Made by a program: the position numbers and the translations under genes
The notes under the pieces: model-generated
Told to the model about the DNA's origin: nothing
Database searches by the model: none
Seen by the model: the letters and a program-made list of their open reading frames with translations, nothing else
NCBI GenBank assembly: GCA_040752695.1
Contig: JBFMGO010000022.1
Coordinates: forward strand, 1 to 63,911
Direction of reading: 5' to 3'
Origin: a bacterium
GTDB lineage: Bacteria; SZUA-182; DTGQ01
Length of the DNA stretch: 63,911 nucleotides
Shown here: positions 33,354 through 42,903 of the stretch, piece after piece
Position numbering within the stretch: the stretch's first letter is position 1
Layout: the number at the start of each line of letters is the position of its first letter

Positions 33354-33436
33354 AGGTTAAGGGAGAGATACTAAAAAATCAGATACTGGATAGTGGTCCT
33401 CGGGAAACCAGCTTTCAGCAAAATGAGGGGTTCATT

Positions 33437-33727
33437 ATGGAAGAAAAAAATCAGGAAAATATTTTTCGATCAGTGTCAGTAATCATTAGCAGTTTGAAAG
33501 ATGAATGGGAATATTCCGGAGAGATTACTCCCGAGACTTCACTTTTTACCGATCTGGATTTCGAATCGATCGATGCTGTGGTCCTCGGGTCAATGATTGA
33601 AGAACATTATAATCGTCCCTTTCCTTTTGCCGAATATCTGGCGAGCATAGGGGAGCAGGAAGTGCGGGACATAAAAGTCAAGGATCTGGTCAGTTTCATT
33701 TATCAGAATCTCTCCAATGGCAGCTAA
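33437..33727 (+). CDS. Stand-alone acyl carrier protein
   Basis: 96 aa, acidic, ITPETSLFTDLDFESIDAV (Ppant Ser in an ESI context), VKDLVSFI. Confidence 0.85.
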   Translation: MEEKNQENIFRSVSVIISSLKDEWEYSGEITPETSLFTDLDFESIDAVVLGSMIEEHYNRPFPFAEYLASIGEQEVRDIKVKDLVSFIYQNLSNGS

Positions 33728-33744
33728 AAGGAGAGTAAACCAAC

Positions 33745-33780
33745 TCAAACCCTCCCCCCAACCCGGACGGGAGGGTTTGA
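33745..33780. repeat. Perfect 12-bp inverted repeat (REP-like hairpin)
   Basis: TCAAACCCTCCC (33745-33756) / GGGAGGGTTTGA (33769-33780). Confidence 0.7.
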
Positions 33781-33821
33781 GCGAGAGAGGCCAAGGTGTA
33801 CATGTTGAGGAAATAAAGCGT

Positions 33822-33904
33822 ACTACGAAATACATGAAAGGCACGAAAAAGGCTTCTTCCAGTATCTATGCCGCTGATTTCGCGTATTTTGTGTATTTCG
33901 TGGT
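33822..33904. repeat. REP-like palindrome with 3 x 9-nt periodic arms
   Basis: ACTACGAAA TACATGAAA GGCACGAAA ... TTTCGCGTA TTTTGTGTA TTTCGTGGT. Confidence 0.75.
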
Positions 33905-33995
33905 TAACATTTAAAAGGGCTTTTCAAATATGCCCTGATACATCGGAATTCCCTCATAAAGGGGGAAGATATTTACGTGAAAACGCTCTATCTCT

Positions 33996-35879
33996 ATGGA
34001 GAGCATGAAGGAAACCAAAAGCATGAAGGAAAAAAAGAGCACGAAGGAAACGAAAAGCGCGAAGGGGAAGAAGAGCATGAAGGAAACGGAGAGTATGAAT
34101 GAGTGTGGGAAGAGGACATGTGAAGCTGGCAGAGAAACGCACAAAGAAGCGGGCGGAACAGGAGAGGTAAAAAGGGGGCTCGATAGACGAACGGTACTCA
34201 TTGGACTGGACGGGGCATCCTTTACCGTGCTTGATCATTTGATGGAAGAGGGGACGATGCCTTTTCTGAAAAGATTTCTGTCATTGGGGTGTCGTGGAGA
34301 GTTGACCTCAGTAGTGCCGCCCCTGACGCCACCAGCCTGGATTTCGCTGGTAACGGGGTGCGCGCCCGGGGCACACGGAGTGTTTAATTTTCTGCAATTC
34401 GAGTCGCCGAAGAGTCGCTACATCAAGTGGCTTTCCTTTCGGGACATCCGGCGGGAGACAATCTGGTCAATCGTGAACCGGCACGGTATGCGGGCCGGGA
34501 GCTTGAATTTCATAGGCATGAATCCCCCCCCGGCGATATCGGGATATATGATACCAGGTTTTGTGAGTTGGCGGTGGTTGAGGAAGAACAGTCATCCGGA
34601 GGATCTTTTTGACCGGTTGCGTTCCATTCCCGGCTTTGATGCCAGGGAGATGGCGCTCAACTTTCGGGAGGAGGAGAAGGCGGTCAAGGGATGTCAAAGG
34701 GAAGAGTATGAGGATTGGATCAGGCTGCACATCCGGCGGGAGCGGCAGTGGTTTGATGTGGTACGTCATCTGATGAAGACGGACCCCTGCCATCTGACAG
34801 CGGTGGTATTTGACGGCATGGACCGGATACAGCATGTATGCTGGCGTTTTCTGGATCCTGCCTACGCTCTCGGTACCCTCCAGCCCTGGGAAGAAAAGGT
34901 GAGGCAGCTATGCCTGGAATACTATCGTAATCTGGATGGATTCCTGGAGGAGATCGTCAGCATTGCGGGGTCTGAGGCAAGCATTTTCATGGCCTCCGAT
35001 CATGGATTCGGTCCGACCAGGGAAATAGTGTACATAAATCAATGGCTCCATGATCACGGTTACCTGGAGTGGAAGGGGAGTGTCAAACCGGCCGGCGGTA
35101 AATCGTCCGAGCGTCAGCCCGAACATTCCCCAAAGGACGGGAAACCAGCATCCAATCAGGCGAATAAAGGGAATGAAGACCTGGAGAGCCTTGGAGTAGA
35201 GTCTCCCTACCGGAGTCTTTTGCATCTGGATTGGAAAAAGACCAAGGCGTATGCTGCGACTGCCAGCAGCAACGGAATTATCATCCAGGTAGCGGGAAAG
35301 AGGGGAGAAGAAGGGATCAGACCCGAGGAGTATGAAACGTTTCGTGAAGAATTAATGCATAAGCTGTTGACAGATTGCCGCGATCCCAAGACGGGTGAGG
35401 CATTGATCACCAAAATCTGGACCAGGGAAGAGGCTTTTGCCGGTGATTATCTCGACTGTGCACCGGATCTGACACTGGTTTTGCGGGATAGCGGCTTTAT
35501 CTCCATTTATCCCTCGGATGTGTGGTGTCGCCCCCGGCAGCAGGTAATGGGGACGCATCGTCCGGAAGGTATTTTTGCCGCCGTGGGGCCGGGTATTCGC
35601 GGCGGAGGTCAGACTCTGTCACCCTTATCGATCATTCAGGTAGCGCCGGCCATGCTCTATACGCTGGGGATCCCGATCCCATCGGATATGGACGGAGCAA
35701 AGAGCGCAGACCTTGTTATGGCCCGGATGTTCGATCCTGAGTATCTCCGGAAACGTCCGGTGGAGAAGGGAGAACCGAGTCTTTTGCCGGAGCGCTATCA
35801 GGATCCCCCGCCTCAGACTGAGGATGCGGAGGGGCAGGAGCAGATTATGCTGAGACTGAAGAGCCTGGGATATGTTTAG
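33996..35879 (+). CDS. AlkP-superfamily phosphodiesterase/nucleotide pyrophosphatase
   Basis: LIGLDGA, SVVPPLTPPAWISLVTG...HG, DRIQH, SDHGFG, GTHRPEG, C-terminal RLKSLGY; repetitive N-terminal extension. Confidence 0.88.
   Translation: MESMKETKSMKEKKSTKETKSAKGKKSMKETESMNECGKRTCEAGRETHKEAGGTGEVKRGLDRRTVLIGLDGASFTVLDHLMEEGTMPFLKRFLSLGCRGELTSVVPPLTPPAWISLVTGCAPGAHGVFNFLQFESPKSRYIKWLSFRDIRRETIWSIVNRHGMRAGSLNFIGMNPPPAISGYMIPGFVSWRWLRKNSHPEDLFDRLRSIPGFDAREMALNFREEEKAVKGCQREEYEDWIRLHIRRERQWFDVVRHLMKTDPCHLTAVVFDGMDRIQHVCWRFLDPAYALGTLQPWEEKVRQLCLEYYRNLDGFLEEIVSIAGSEASIFMASDHGFGPTREIVYINQWLHDHGYLEWKGSVKPAGGKSSERQPEHSPKDGKPASNQANKGNEDLESLGVESPYRSLLHLDWKKTKAYAATASSNGIIIQVAGKRGEEGIRPEEYETFREELMHKLLTDCRDPKTGEALITKIWTREEAFAGDYLDCAPDLTLVLRDSGFISIYPSDVWCRPRQQVMGTHRPEGIFAAVGPGIRGGGQTLSPLSIIQVAPAMLYTLGIPIPSDMDGAKSADLVMARMFDPEYLRKRPVEKGEPSLLPERYQDPPPQTEDAEGQEQIMLRLKSLGYV
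34002..34103 (+). repeat. In-frame 18-nt tandem repeat (about 5.7 units) encoding S-M-K-E-T-K-like repeats
   Basis: AGCATGAAGGAAACCAAA / AGCATGAAGGAAAAAAAG / AGCACGAAGGAAACGAAA / AGCGCGAAGGGGAAGAAG / AGCATGAAGGAAACGGAG / AGTATGAATGAG. Confidence 0.85.
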
Positions 35880-36042
35880 CTGGATTTCGGATATTGAGTT
35901 TAAGGCTGGCAGATGGCTGTCTTTTAGCTCGATACCGGGAGTTAGGAGTGCCGGATACCGGATTTTGGATTCCGGTAACCGGATGTTGATCAATCGTCAT
36001 TCCCTCGAGAGCGGGAATCCGGAGTAAGAAAAAGGAGAAGGA

Positions 36043-36870
36043 ATGCCGAAAGTTTTCGTGGGACAATTAGCTATTCATTATCAGCAGCACGGAAGTGGTC
36101 CTGATGTTATTCTGGTTCATGGAATCACGGGGAATTTATCCCTTTGGTTCATGCGCATTTTGCCTGCTCTGGCTAAAAAGTACCGGGTCACCGCCTATGA
36201 TCTGCGGGGACACGGATACAGCGACCGGCCTTCGACCGGGTATACTTCGGACGATATGGTTAACGATATCGAGGGGCTTATCAACCACCTGAATATTGAA
36301 CGCGCCTTTGTGATCGGGCATAGTTTCGGGGGAGCCATCGCTCTTCACTTTGCGGCCCTTTATCCCCAGAAGGTGGCAGGATTGGTGATTCTGGACTCAG
36401 GCATTCCCTCCCTTTTGCATCTTCGGCGATTGGATGACTGGCAGGGCTGGGAGCTTTATAAAGATGATCTCGATCAGTTGGGCGTCCATACCGAGGAGGA
36501 ATTGCTGAATGTGGAAAATGCCGTGCGAAAAAGCTTTTATGTACCTATTCAGCACGGGCTTCGCATCGGAGGAAGCAGGAAATCGGACCGTCTTTCGCGA
36601 TTAATCGAAGAAACCACCGTCCTAAAGGAGTTCCGGTCGATCAAATTTCTGACGGAGGAAAAAATTTCCCATATCACCTGCCCGACACTTTGCATATACG
36701 GTGCATTTTCGCCCTATCGCGGCATTGGGGAACGACTGAGCAAAATTATGCCTGATTGTGAATTTCTATCGGTTTCTGACCATGGACATTTTTACCCGAT
36801 GCAATCACCCGATATCCTCCTGGAAATGCTGGATGCCTTCTTTCAAAAACAGGAGGCAGGAAAACAATAA
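36043..36870 (+). CDS. Alpha/beta hydrolase (possible thioesterase/release enzyme)
   Basis: LVHG, YDLRGHGYS, GHSFGG nucleophile elbow, C-terminal GHF; SD AAGGAG. Confidence 0.9.
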   Translation: MPKVFVGQLAIHYQQHGSGPDVILVHGITGNLSLWFMRILPALAKKYRVTAYDLRGHGYSDRPSTGYTSDDMVNDIEGLINHLNIERAFVIGHSFGGAIALHFAALYPQKVAGLVILDSGIPSLLHLRRLDDWQGWELYKDDLDQLGVHTEEELLNVENAVRKSFYVPIQHGLRIGGSRKSDRLSRLIEETTVLKEFRSIKFLTEEKISHITCPTLCIYGAFSPYRGIGERLSKIMPDCEFLSVSDHGHFYPMQSPDILLEMLDAFFQKQEAGKQ

Positions 36871-37464
36871 ATCAGGGAGTCGGGATAACTGAAAATCAAA
36901 ACCGGGTCGTCAACAATCTTAATGGAGATGCAGACCCTTTAGGGCCTATTCCCAAGTAGTTGGGATAATAAGGAGCGGAAGGTCCTTGCGAGGCATCATT
37001 ATTCACCATGAGGTATTACTTTATAATCACTTATCGTTAATCGTCACTCATTATCAGGAACCAGGAGGTGGTGAAGAGCAAAACTACGTTATCAGTCGTT
37101 CCCTCAAAAAAGCGGGAATCACCAGATATTGATTTTGCTGAAAAGCTGTTGCGGAGGATGGAGAGGGGACACAAGGGTACAGGTTCTTTTTTTCCTGTTC
37201 TTGGCAGCACAACCGGATCAAGGGACCGGTGTCATCTTACCGAAGTATTTTATATTTACTGAAGCATAAGCGTCAAGGGTTGTATACATGCAGGGTCTTT
37301 ACGGGTATTCAGACCTTTTTGCTGCATGTATACTGATTGAGGAGGCTAACAGGAGGCCAACAGGAGGCTGACAAAGATGGCGATCGAGTGAGCGTGCGGC
37401 TTCATTGCAGGCCATACAACACTTAGATGCGTCATCCGAAGATAGCCAAGGGGGGCTAAAGGCC

Positions 37465-39897
37465 ATGAGAAAAAAACATTCAGCGGTAATGTCATCGGGC
37501 AATAATGTCATTGAAAACGGATCATGGGGCATCGATGTGGGAATATCATCACCGGCTGTTTCCAGATCGGTTATTTCAGAAGTTTCAGATAGTTCGGGTG
37601 TTTTTGCGAAGGGAGTCAAAAGAGCGCTCATGGCGCTGGTCGTATTGACCTTCATTTTGGGATACATAAGCTGTCCTGTCGTTGCCACCGCGGCTGCCGG
37701 GCAGGAGAATCAACAGAGCATATGGAATGCGATCGGATTAGGTCATAGAGGATTCCAGCAAGTCAATAAGGATGGATTCGGATCTTTCCACAACAGCTAT
37801 GCATGGTCATCCGCATGGTACAAGGGTAGATTGTATGTCGGCACGAACAGGGACATGCTCTGCTATCTATCAGTGGTTTTTGGGACAGATCCAGCGAGCC
37901 TTCCGGATGTGAATTGTGACGACCCTGACTATTATGGCGAAATCTGGGCATTTGATCCCGAAATGATCAATGATCCTGAAAACGCCTGGGAGCGTGTTTA
38001 TCGGTCCCCTGAAGCAGCTTCGCCTTCGGGTTCCGGCTCGGTGCCGAGGGACCAGGGATACCGGGGTATGCAGGTGGTAGTGGAGCCCGATGGGACAGAG
38101 GCGCTCTATGTCGGGGGGTACATCAGCAGGGAAGTGGTGCCGGTGGATCTTCCGGCCAGGCTTTTACGATCTGTCGATGGCAAGACTTTCAAGGAAGTGA
38201 GAAGCTCTGATGGTTCGGTACTGGGAAATATCGACACCTTCGGATTACGTTCATTCACGCAGTATAAGGGAAAGCTGTACATGACAGCTAATATGAATCC
38301 TCCGCAAAGGCCGAAACTCCTCGAGGCGGATCTGGCCACACTCACTCCGAGCGGCACCAGTGCGTATACGATGAACATTCGCCAGGTGAATAACACTGCC
38401 GAAGTTCAGCCATTCGAGATTGAGGTATTTAACAACTATCTGTACATCGGGACAGTAGATGCCGATAACGGTTTTTCCGTGTTGAAGACGGACTGCACGG
38501 GGAACCCTCCCTACACCTTCAAGCCCGTAGTCACGCATGGGGCTTACCGCACGGACCGGGTCGGGAAGGACAGCTATAATTTAAACGAATATGTCATCAG
38601 CATGCGTGTATTTCAGAACCGGCTGTATATCGGAACCGGGTGCGGGCTTGGGGGGTTCGATTTTGTAAGTAAGGTAGGCCCTGCCGCAGCGGAGATGATA
38701 CGGATAAATCCTGACGATAGCTGGCAGCTTGTGTGCGGAAAAAAGCGCAACACGCCGGACGGGTTAAAGGTGCCGATCAGTCATCTGCCTGCCGGCATGG
38801 GGAATCCCTTTTCCGGGTATTTCTGGCGGATGGCGGTTCACCGTGATTGGCTCTATGTTTCGACCATGGACAGCAGCATCGCCCTGCGGAACCCCGACGT
38901 ATTGGCCAGCCTGGATCCGTCGAAGCTGCTGGCTTCAGATGACGACAGTGGCCACAATCTGATTAATATCGCTGACTTACTGCTGCTGCCCGGACTCATG
39001 GGAGACGGTATCAGCAATCTCCTTGGTGGATTCGATCTGTGGAAAACGCGCAACGGTGTGCAATGGTACCCGGTAACCACCACCGGCTTTGGTGACAAAT
39101 TCAATATCGGGGCCCGTATCATGGAATCCACACCATTAGGATTTTTTATCGGTACGGCCAATCCCTATTATGGAACACAGATATGGCTGGGAGACGATCA
39201 TTTCCCCCTGGCCCGGAATCTCCAGGCGGAACCTGATGAAAATGGCGCGAAGTTGCGCTGGACTGCACCCCAGGGAACAACAATCAGCCATGTTTACCGC
39301 AGACAGATCCTTGGAGGCATAAACGGCCTGTTCGATGGCCTGGGCCTGTTGAACGGAGAGGTGGGAACCGGCCAGTCATCGTTGAGCACTGACGGGTTCG
39401 GTCTTAAGGAGATCGCAGCAACGCAGGATCAATTTTATATCGACACCAATGCAAGGGCCGGTACCCTCTATCTTTACCAGGTGAGCTGTGAAGGAGAAGG
39501 CGGAGGACTTTCGGACCGATCGAACCTGGCTCTGTGCCGGATACCTTCGATGACCGAGGATGGAATATTCTGGAGCGGCAGCACGCGAATCCTGGAGCAA
39601 AGGCTGCGTCCGGACCGTCTGCGTGGGCAATGGACACAGTGGATAACGGTGATCAACCAGACAGATGAGACCATGTCATCACCACTGAACATAATCCTGG
39701 AAGGACTGGCCAATGGTCTTTCGGTGCTGAACATGACAGGCACAGCCGAGAATGGCAGCCCGTACCTGAGTATCCCGGTCGGATCGGGAGGTCTGCTGCC
39801 GAGAGAGAGGGTACAGGTCCAGCTTCGCTTCAGGGGTAAAAACTCATCCCGCATCAGTTATATACCCTTTGTGACCAATCCTCCTGTGGAGCCATAG
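37465..39897 (+). CDS. Secreted/anchored beta-propeller-like protein with FN3-like domain
   Basis: Hydrophobic segment KRALMALVVLTFILG...ATAAA; repeated (F/Y)-x-(G/N)-x-LY(V/I)GT blades; NLQAEP...LRW...YLYQV FN3-like stretch. Start uncertain (37405-37492). Confidence 0.7.
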   Translation: MRKKHSAVMSSGNNVIENGSWGIDVGISSPAVSRSVISEVSDSSGVFAKGVKRALMALVVLTFILGYISCPVVATAAAGQENQQSIWNAIGLGHRGFQQVNKDGFGSFHNSYAWSSAWYKGRLYVGTNRDMLCYLSVVFGTDPASLPDVNCDDPDYYGEIWAFDPEMINDPENAWERVYRSPEAASPSGSGSVPRDQGYRGMQVVVEPDGTEALYVGGYISREVVPVDLPARLLRSVDGKTFKEVRSSDGSVLGNIDTFGLRSFTQYKGKLYMTANMNPPQRPKLLEADLATLTPSGTSAYTMNIRQVNNTAEVQPFEIEVFNNYLYIGTVDADNGFSVLKTDCTGNPPYTFKPVVTHGAYRTDRVGKDSYNLNEYVISMRVFQNRLYIGTGCGLGGFDFVSKVGPAAAEMIRINPDDSWQLVCGKKRNTPDGLKVPISHLPAGMGNPFSGYFWRMAVHRDWLYVSTMDSSIALRNPDVLASLDPSKLLASDDDSGHNLINIADLLLLPGLMGDGISNLLGGFDLWKTRNGVQWYPVTTTGFGDKFNIGARIMESTPLGFFIGTANPYYGTQIWLGDDHFPLARNLQAEPDENGAKLRWTAPQGTTISHVYRRQILGGINGLFDGLGLLNGEVGTGQSSLSTDGFGLKEIAATQDQFYIDTNARAGTLYLYQVSCEGEGGGLSDRSNLALCRIPSMTEDGIFWSGSTRILEQRLRPDRLRGQWTQWITVINQTDETMSSPLNIILEGLANGLSVLNMTGTAENGSPYLSIPVGSGGLLPRERVQVQLRFRGKNSSRISYIPFVTNPPVEP

Positions 39898-40495
39898 AGG
39901 CTTTCGGAAAAGGCGTGATAAGAAATCCTTTCCGATGATCGCTAAAGGGATTCGATTAATCGTTAACGCCCTGAACGATCACCGGTAAGCCGCTTAGAGG
40001 CATGGACGCTTATGGGGCAATGACTGCCCAAGGACGATGATCTTTCATCATCCCCGGATGACGGGCCTTTAAGTCATCCCGACCCGACAGTACTTCATGC
40101 GGCATGCCGACGGCTTCGATGATTGCTTAAGGGTTACCGCTCTCTATATGTCTTGCATCTTAAGATTGCCAGGATATTTCTCAACGTATTCATAAGGAAT
40201 GTGCAGGCAGGGCGTTATTCTCTCCGGAAGAGGACACCAGAGTTTGGGGAGAATATGCCCTGTCTGTACAAACCAAAGCCAGCCTGAAACGAAATCCATT
40301 TCGACCTCTTTTTCCCTGTAGGTCTTTTTCTTCATAGTTCCGAATTATCTACAGCATATTAACTTACTTATTAAAAATTATAAATAAGTGTAAAGCCTAC
40401 TCTACACTGTATTCGATGATTGCTGACAGATGAATACCCCGTGCCTCAATAATCGAGTATGTTTAAAGCGGGCTACCCATAGGGAGGAATACTGT

Positions 40496-41233
40496 ATGAA
40501 TTTTTTAACAGGGACTACGAAAAAACTTTGTTTCATCCTGGGAGTACTCTCCTTCTGTTTATTTATTACTACAGCCGCCAAGGTGCAGCTCACTGAGGCA
40601 GCCGGGAGAGATCTTGAGAGTGCATTCCAAGGAGCAGAACAATCCCAGGATGGCTTCCTTGAGGATTTTGATCGGGGCATGGCTGATAATTGGATAGATG
40701 ATGAGTCGGGGGTATGGTCTATTACGGATAAAGTCTACAGAATGACCGGTACCGGAACCGGCGCTTTAAGGGCCAGTTGCTATAATGCAACTTTTGGCGA
40801 TTTTGCCTATCAGGTAGATGTCCGGCGGATGCAGGGAAACCTCGATGCTTCGCAGGGTCTACTCTTCCGGTTGAACACCAATGGAGACTTTTATGTGTTT
40901 GCATTAGCGAGCAGTGGTTACTACAGTGCTTATAAATTCGACAGCCGAAACGGGACCGAGGTAATCCCCTGGACTACCAGTTCCGCTATCAAGCAAGGCG
41001 CCGGGGTATGGAATACCATGAAAGTTGTTTGCAAAGGCCCTGCCATAGATTTTTATATCAACGGTACGCTCTTGAAAACGGTGAGGGATAATAACCCCTA
41101 TTTAACCGGTATGGTCGGCTTAGTGGCTGTTGATGAAAAAAGGAGTGATCAGGGCAATCCTATCGTGGATTTCGATAACGCAAGACTCAGTATCTCCGGC
41201 AGGCTTTCCCCCCCGGATTCTCCGGTGAATTAG
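40496..41233 (+). CDS. Secreted DUF1080 (3-keto-disaccharide hydrolase-like) beta-sandwich protein
   Basis: SD GGAGG before ATG 40496; signal peptide; GLLFR, WNTMKVVCKG-x-IDFYING, GMVGL, FDN. Confidence 0.72.
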   Translation: MNFLTGTTKKLCFILGVLSFCLFITTAAKVQLTEAAGRDLESAFQGAEQSQDGFLEDFDRGMADNWIDDESGVWSITDKVYRMTGTGTGALRASCYNATFGDFAYQVDVRRMQGNLDASQGLLFRLNTNGDFYVFALASSGYYSAYKFDSRNGTEVIPWTTSSAIKQGAGVWNTMKVVCKGPAIDFYINGTLLKTVRDNNPYLTGMVGLVAVDEKRSDQGNPIVDFDNARLSISGRLSPPDSPVN

Positions 41234-41270
41234 ACTTCAAAAGGCGGCTTTCATGTTCCATGGTTTTTCA

Positions 41271-41306
41271 GTGAATACCCATTTTTTCAGAAAAATGGGT
41301 ATTCAC
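41271..41306. repeat. Perfect 16-bp hairpin downstream of the DUF1080 gene
   Basis: GTGAATACCCATTTTT-tcag-AAAAATGGGTATTCAC. Confidence 0.7.
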
Positions 41307-41569
41307 GGGTCGCTCATGTTTGAATTTTCGTGTTTTACCAGGCATGTATCCATCAATTATCAATCCGATAGCATTTCCAGGCTTATAAGCATTTCCAGGC
41401 GAATTTTTACTTTTTTGTACCTTAAGGTGAAAGAATCGAGATAAAAAAAACCGAAATAGTACAGAAAGTGCAGGCCACAGCCTGCTTCTTCCTCATTGAA
41501 CCCGCTTAAAAAATTCTTACAGAAAATGGATCTTTTTCAAGGCAGGAAAGGGAGGATGGATAAAAATCA

Positions 41570-42901
41570 GTGAAAAAGCTGAAAATAGCCTTGATCATGC
41601 CGGCTATCGGTAAAAAAGACAATCAAAAATATATCGCCTCATGGAAGATGGAACCGTTGGGAATAGCAGCTCTTGCTTCCCTGACTCCACCCGATGTGGA
41701 GGTTGACTTTTTTGATGACCGGCTGGAGAGAATTCCCTATGATAACCGGTATGATCTGGTTGGAATCACGGTAGAGACCTATACAGCCCGCAGAGCCTAT
41801 CAGATTGCAGCGCGGTTTCGAAAAAGAAATACCCCTGTGATTCTGGGCGGGTTTCATCCGACGCTGATGCCGGATGAGGCCATCCACTTTGCAGATGCCC
41901 TTCTTTTGGGTGAGGCCGAAGGGGTATGGCCGGGGGTGCTGGAAGATGTGAAGCACCACCGGCTGAAAAGGATCTACAGGGCCCCGGGCAGGTCTCCTCT
42001 TTCAGGGGTCCGGCCCAGGAGGGAGATCTTTCAGAAAAAAAAATATGTCTCTCTCGGTCTGGTTGAGGCGAGCCGGGGATGCACCAAGGGGTGCAGTTTT
42101 TGTTCCGTAGCCGGTTTTTTCAACCGGACCCAGAGCCAAAGACCTCCTGCGGAGATTGCTGCCGAAGTGGAATCTTTGGGAAGAAAGTATATTTTTTTTG
42201 TGGACGACAACATTGCCCTTAACCGGTCATGGGCCAGGCAGCTTTTTCGGGAATTAGCTCCGCTCAAGATTCAGTGGATCAGCCAGATGAGCCTTGACTT
42301 GGCGAGGGATGAGGAACTGATCAGCCTCATGGCTAAAAGCGGGTGCTGCGGAGTATTGATCGGTCTTGAATCTTTGAATCAGAAGAATCTGGATAGCTTC
42401 GATAAGGGGATCAAGGGGAGTGAATTCAGCCTTAGCTTAAGGCGGCTGCGGGAATATGGGCTTTGCGTGTATGCGACCTTTCTTTTCGGCTATGACCATG
42501 ACACCAGAGAATCTTTTGAAATGACCCTGGAATTTGCCCTTAAAAACCGCTTCTTCTTTACGGCCTTTAACCACCTGACTCCTTTTCCGGGTACTGCACT
42601 GTATCAAAAGCTCGCCAGGGAAAAAAGACTGCTCTACCAAAGCTGGTGGCTGAATCCCCGCTATCATTACGGAGACCTGGCCTTTATTCCCCGGAATATG
42701 TCACCGGAAGAGGTCTCGGAAGGCTGCCGGGAGGCCAGAAAGAAATTTTACAGCCTGAGCTCGATCTTCCGCCGCGGCCTGGACTGGCGATGCAACTGCC
42801 GGTCCTTTCCTCTGGCGGTCACTTTCCTGGCTCAGAATTTACTGGCCCAGAAGGAAGTAGAAAAAAAATATGGACTCCCCCTGGGAGAGGGATTGGACTG
42901 A
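41570..42901 (+). CDS. B12-binding-domain radical SAM protein 1
   Basis: MEPLGIAALA...DLVGIT...VILGGFHPT...GEAE N-domain; SRGCTKGCSFC; FFVDDN; IGLES; TPFPGT. Confidence 0.92.
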   Translation: MKKLKIALIMPAIGKKDNQKYIASWKMEPLGIAALASLTPPDVEVDFFDDRLERIPYDNRYDLVGITVETYTARRAYQIAARFRKRNTPVILGGFHPTLMPDEAIHFADALLLGEAEGVWPGVLEDVKHHRLKRIYRAPGRSPLSGVRPRREIFQKKKYVSLGLVEASRGCTKGCSFCSVAGFFNRTQSQRPPAEIAAEVESLGRKYIFFVDDNIALNRSWARQLFRELAPLKIQWISQMSLDLARDEELISLMAKSGCCGVLIGLESLNQKNLDSFDKGIKGSEFSLSLRRLREYGLCVYATFLFGYDHDTRESFEMTLEFALKNRFFFTAFNHLTPFPGTALYQKLAREKRLLYQSWWLNPRYHYGDLAFIPRNMSPEEVSEGCREARKKFYSLSSIFRRGLDWRCNCRSFPLAVTFLAQNLLAQKEVEKKYGLPLGEGLD

Positions 42902-42903
42902 GT

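Noticed and set aside
33717..34238. 65-aa + ORF and Phe-rich minus ORFs
   Set aside because: They are translations of the palindrome and the 18-nt tandem repeat.
39964..40140. 6S RNA (CCCTGA...AAGGGTTAC resemblance)
   Set aside because: Interior is multibranched and no closing stem or central bubble is evident; identity left open.
42646..42903. 86-aa N-terminal extension of B12-rSAM 2
   Set aside because: Overlaps rSAM 1 out of frame; paralogs begin at MKIT (42904).
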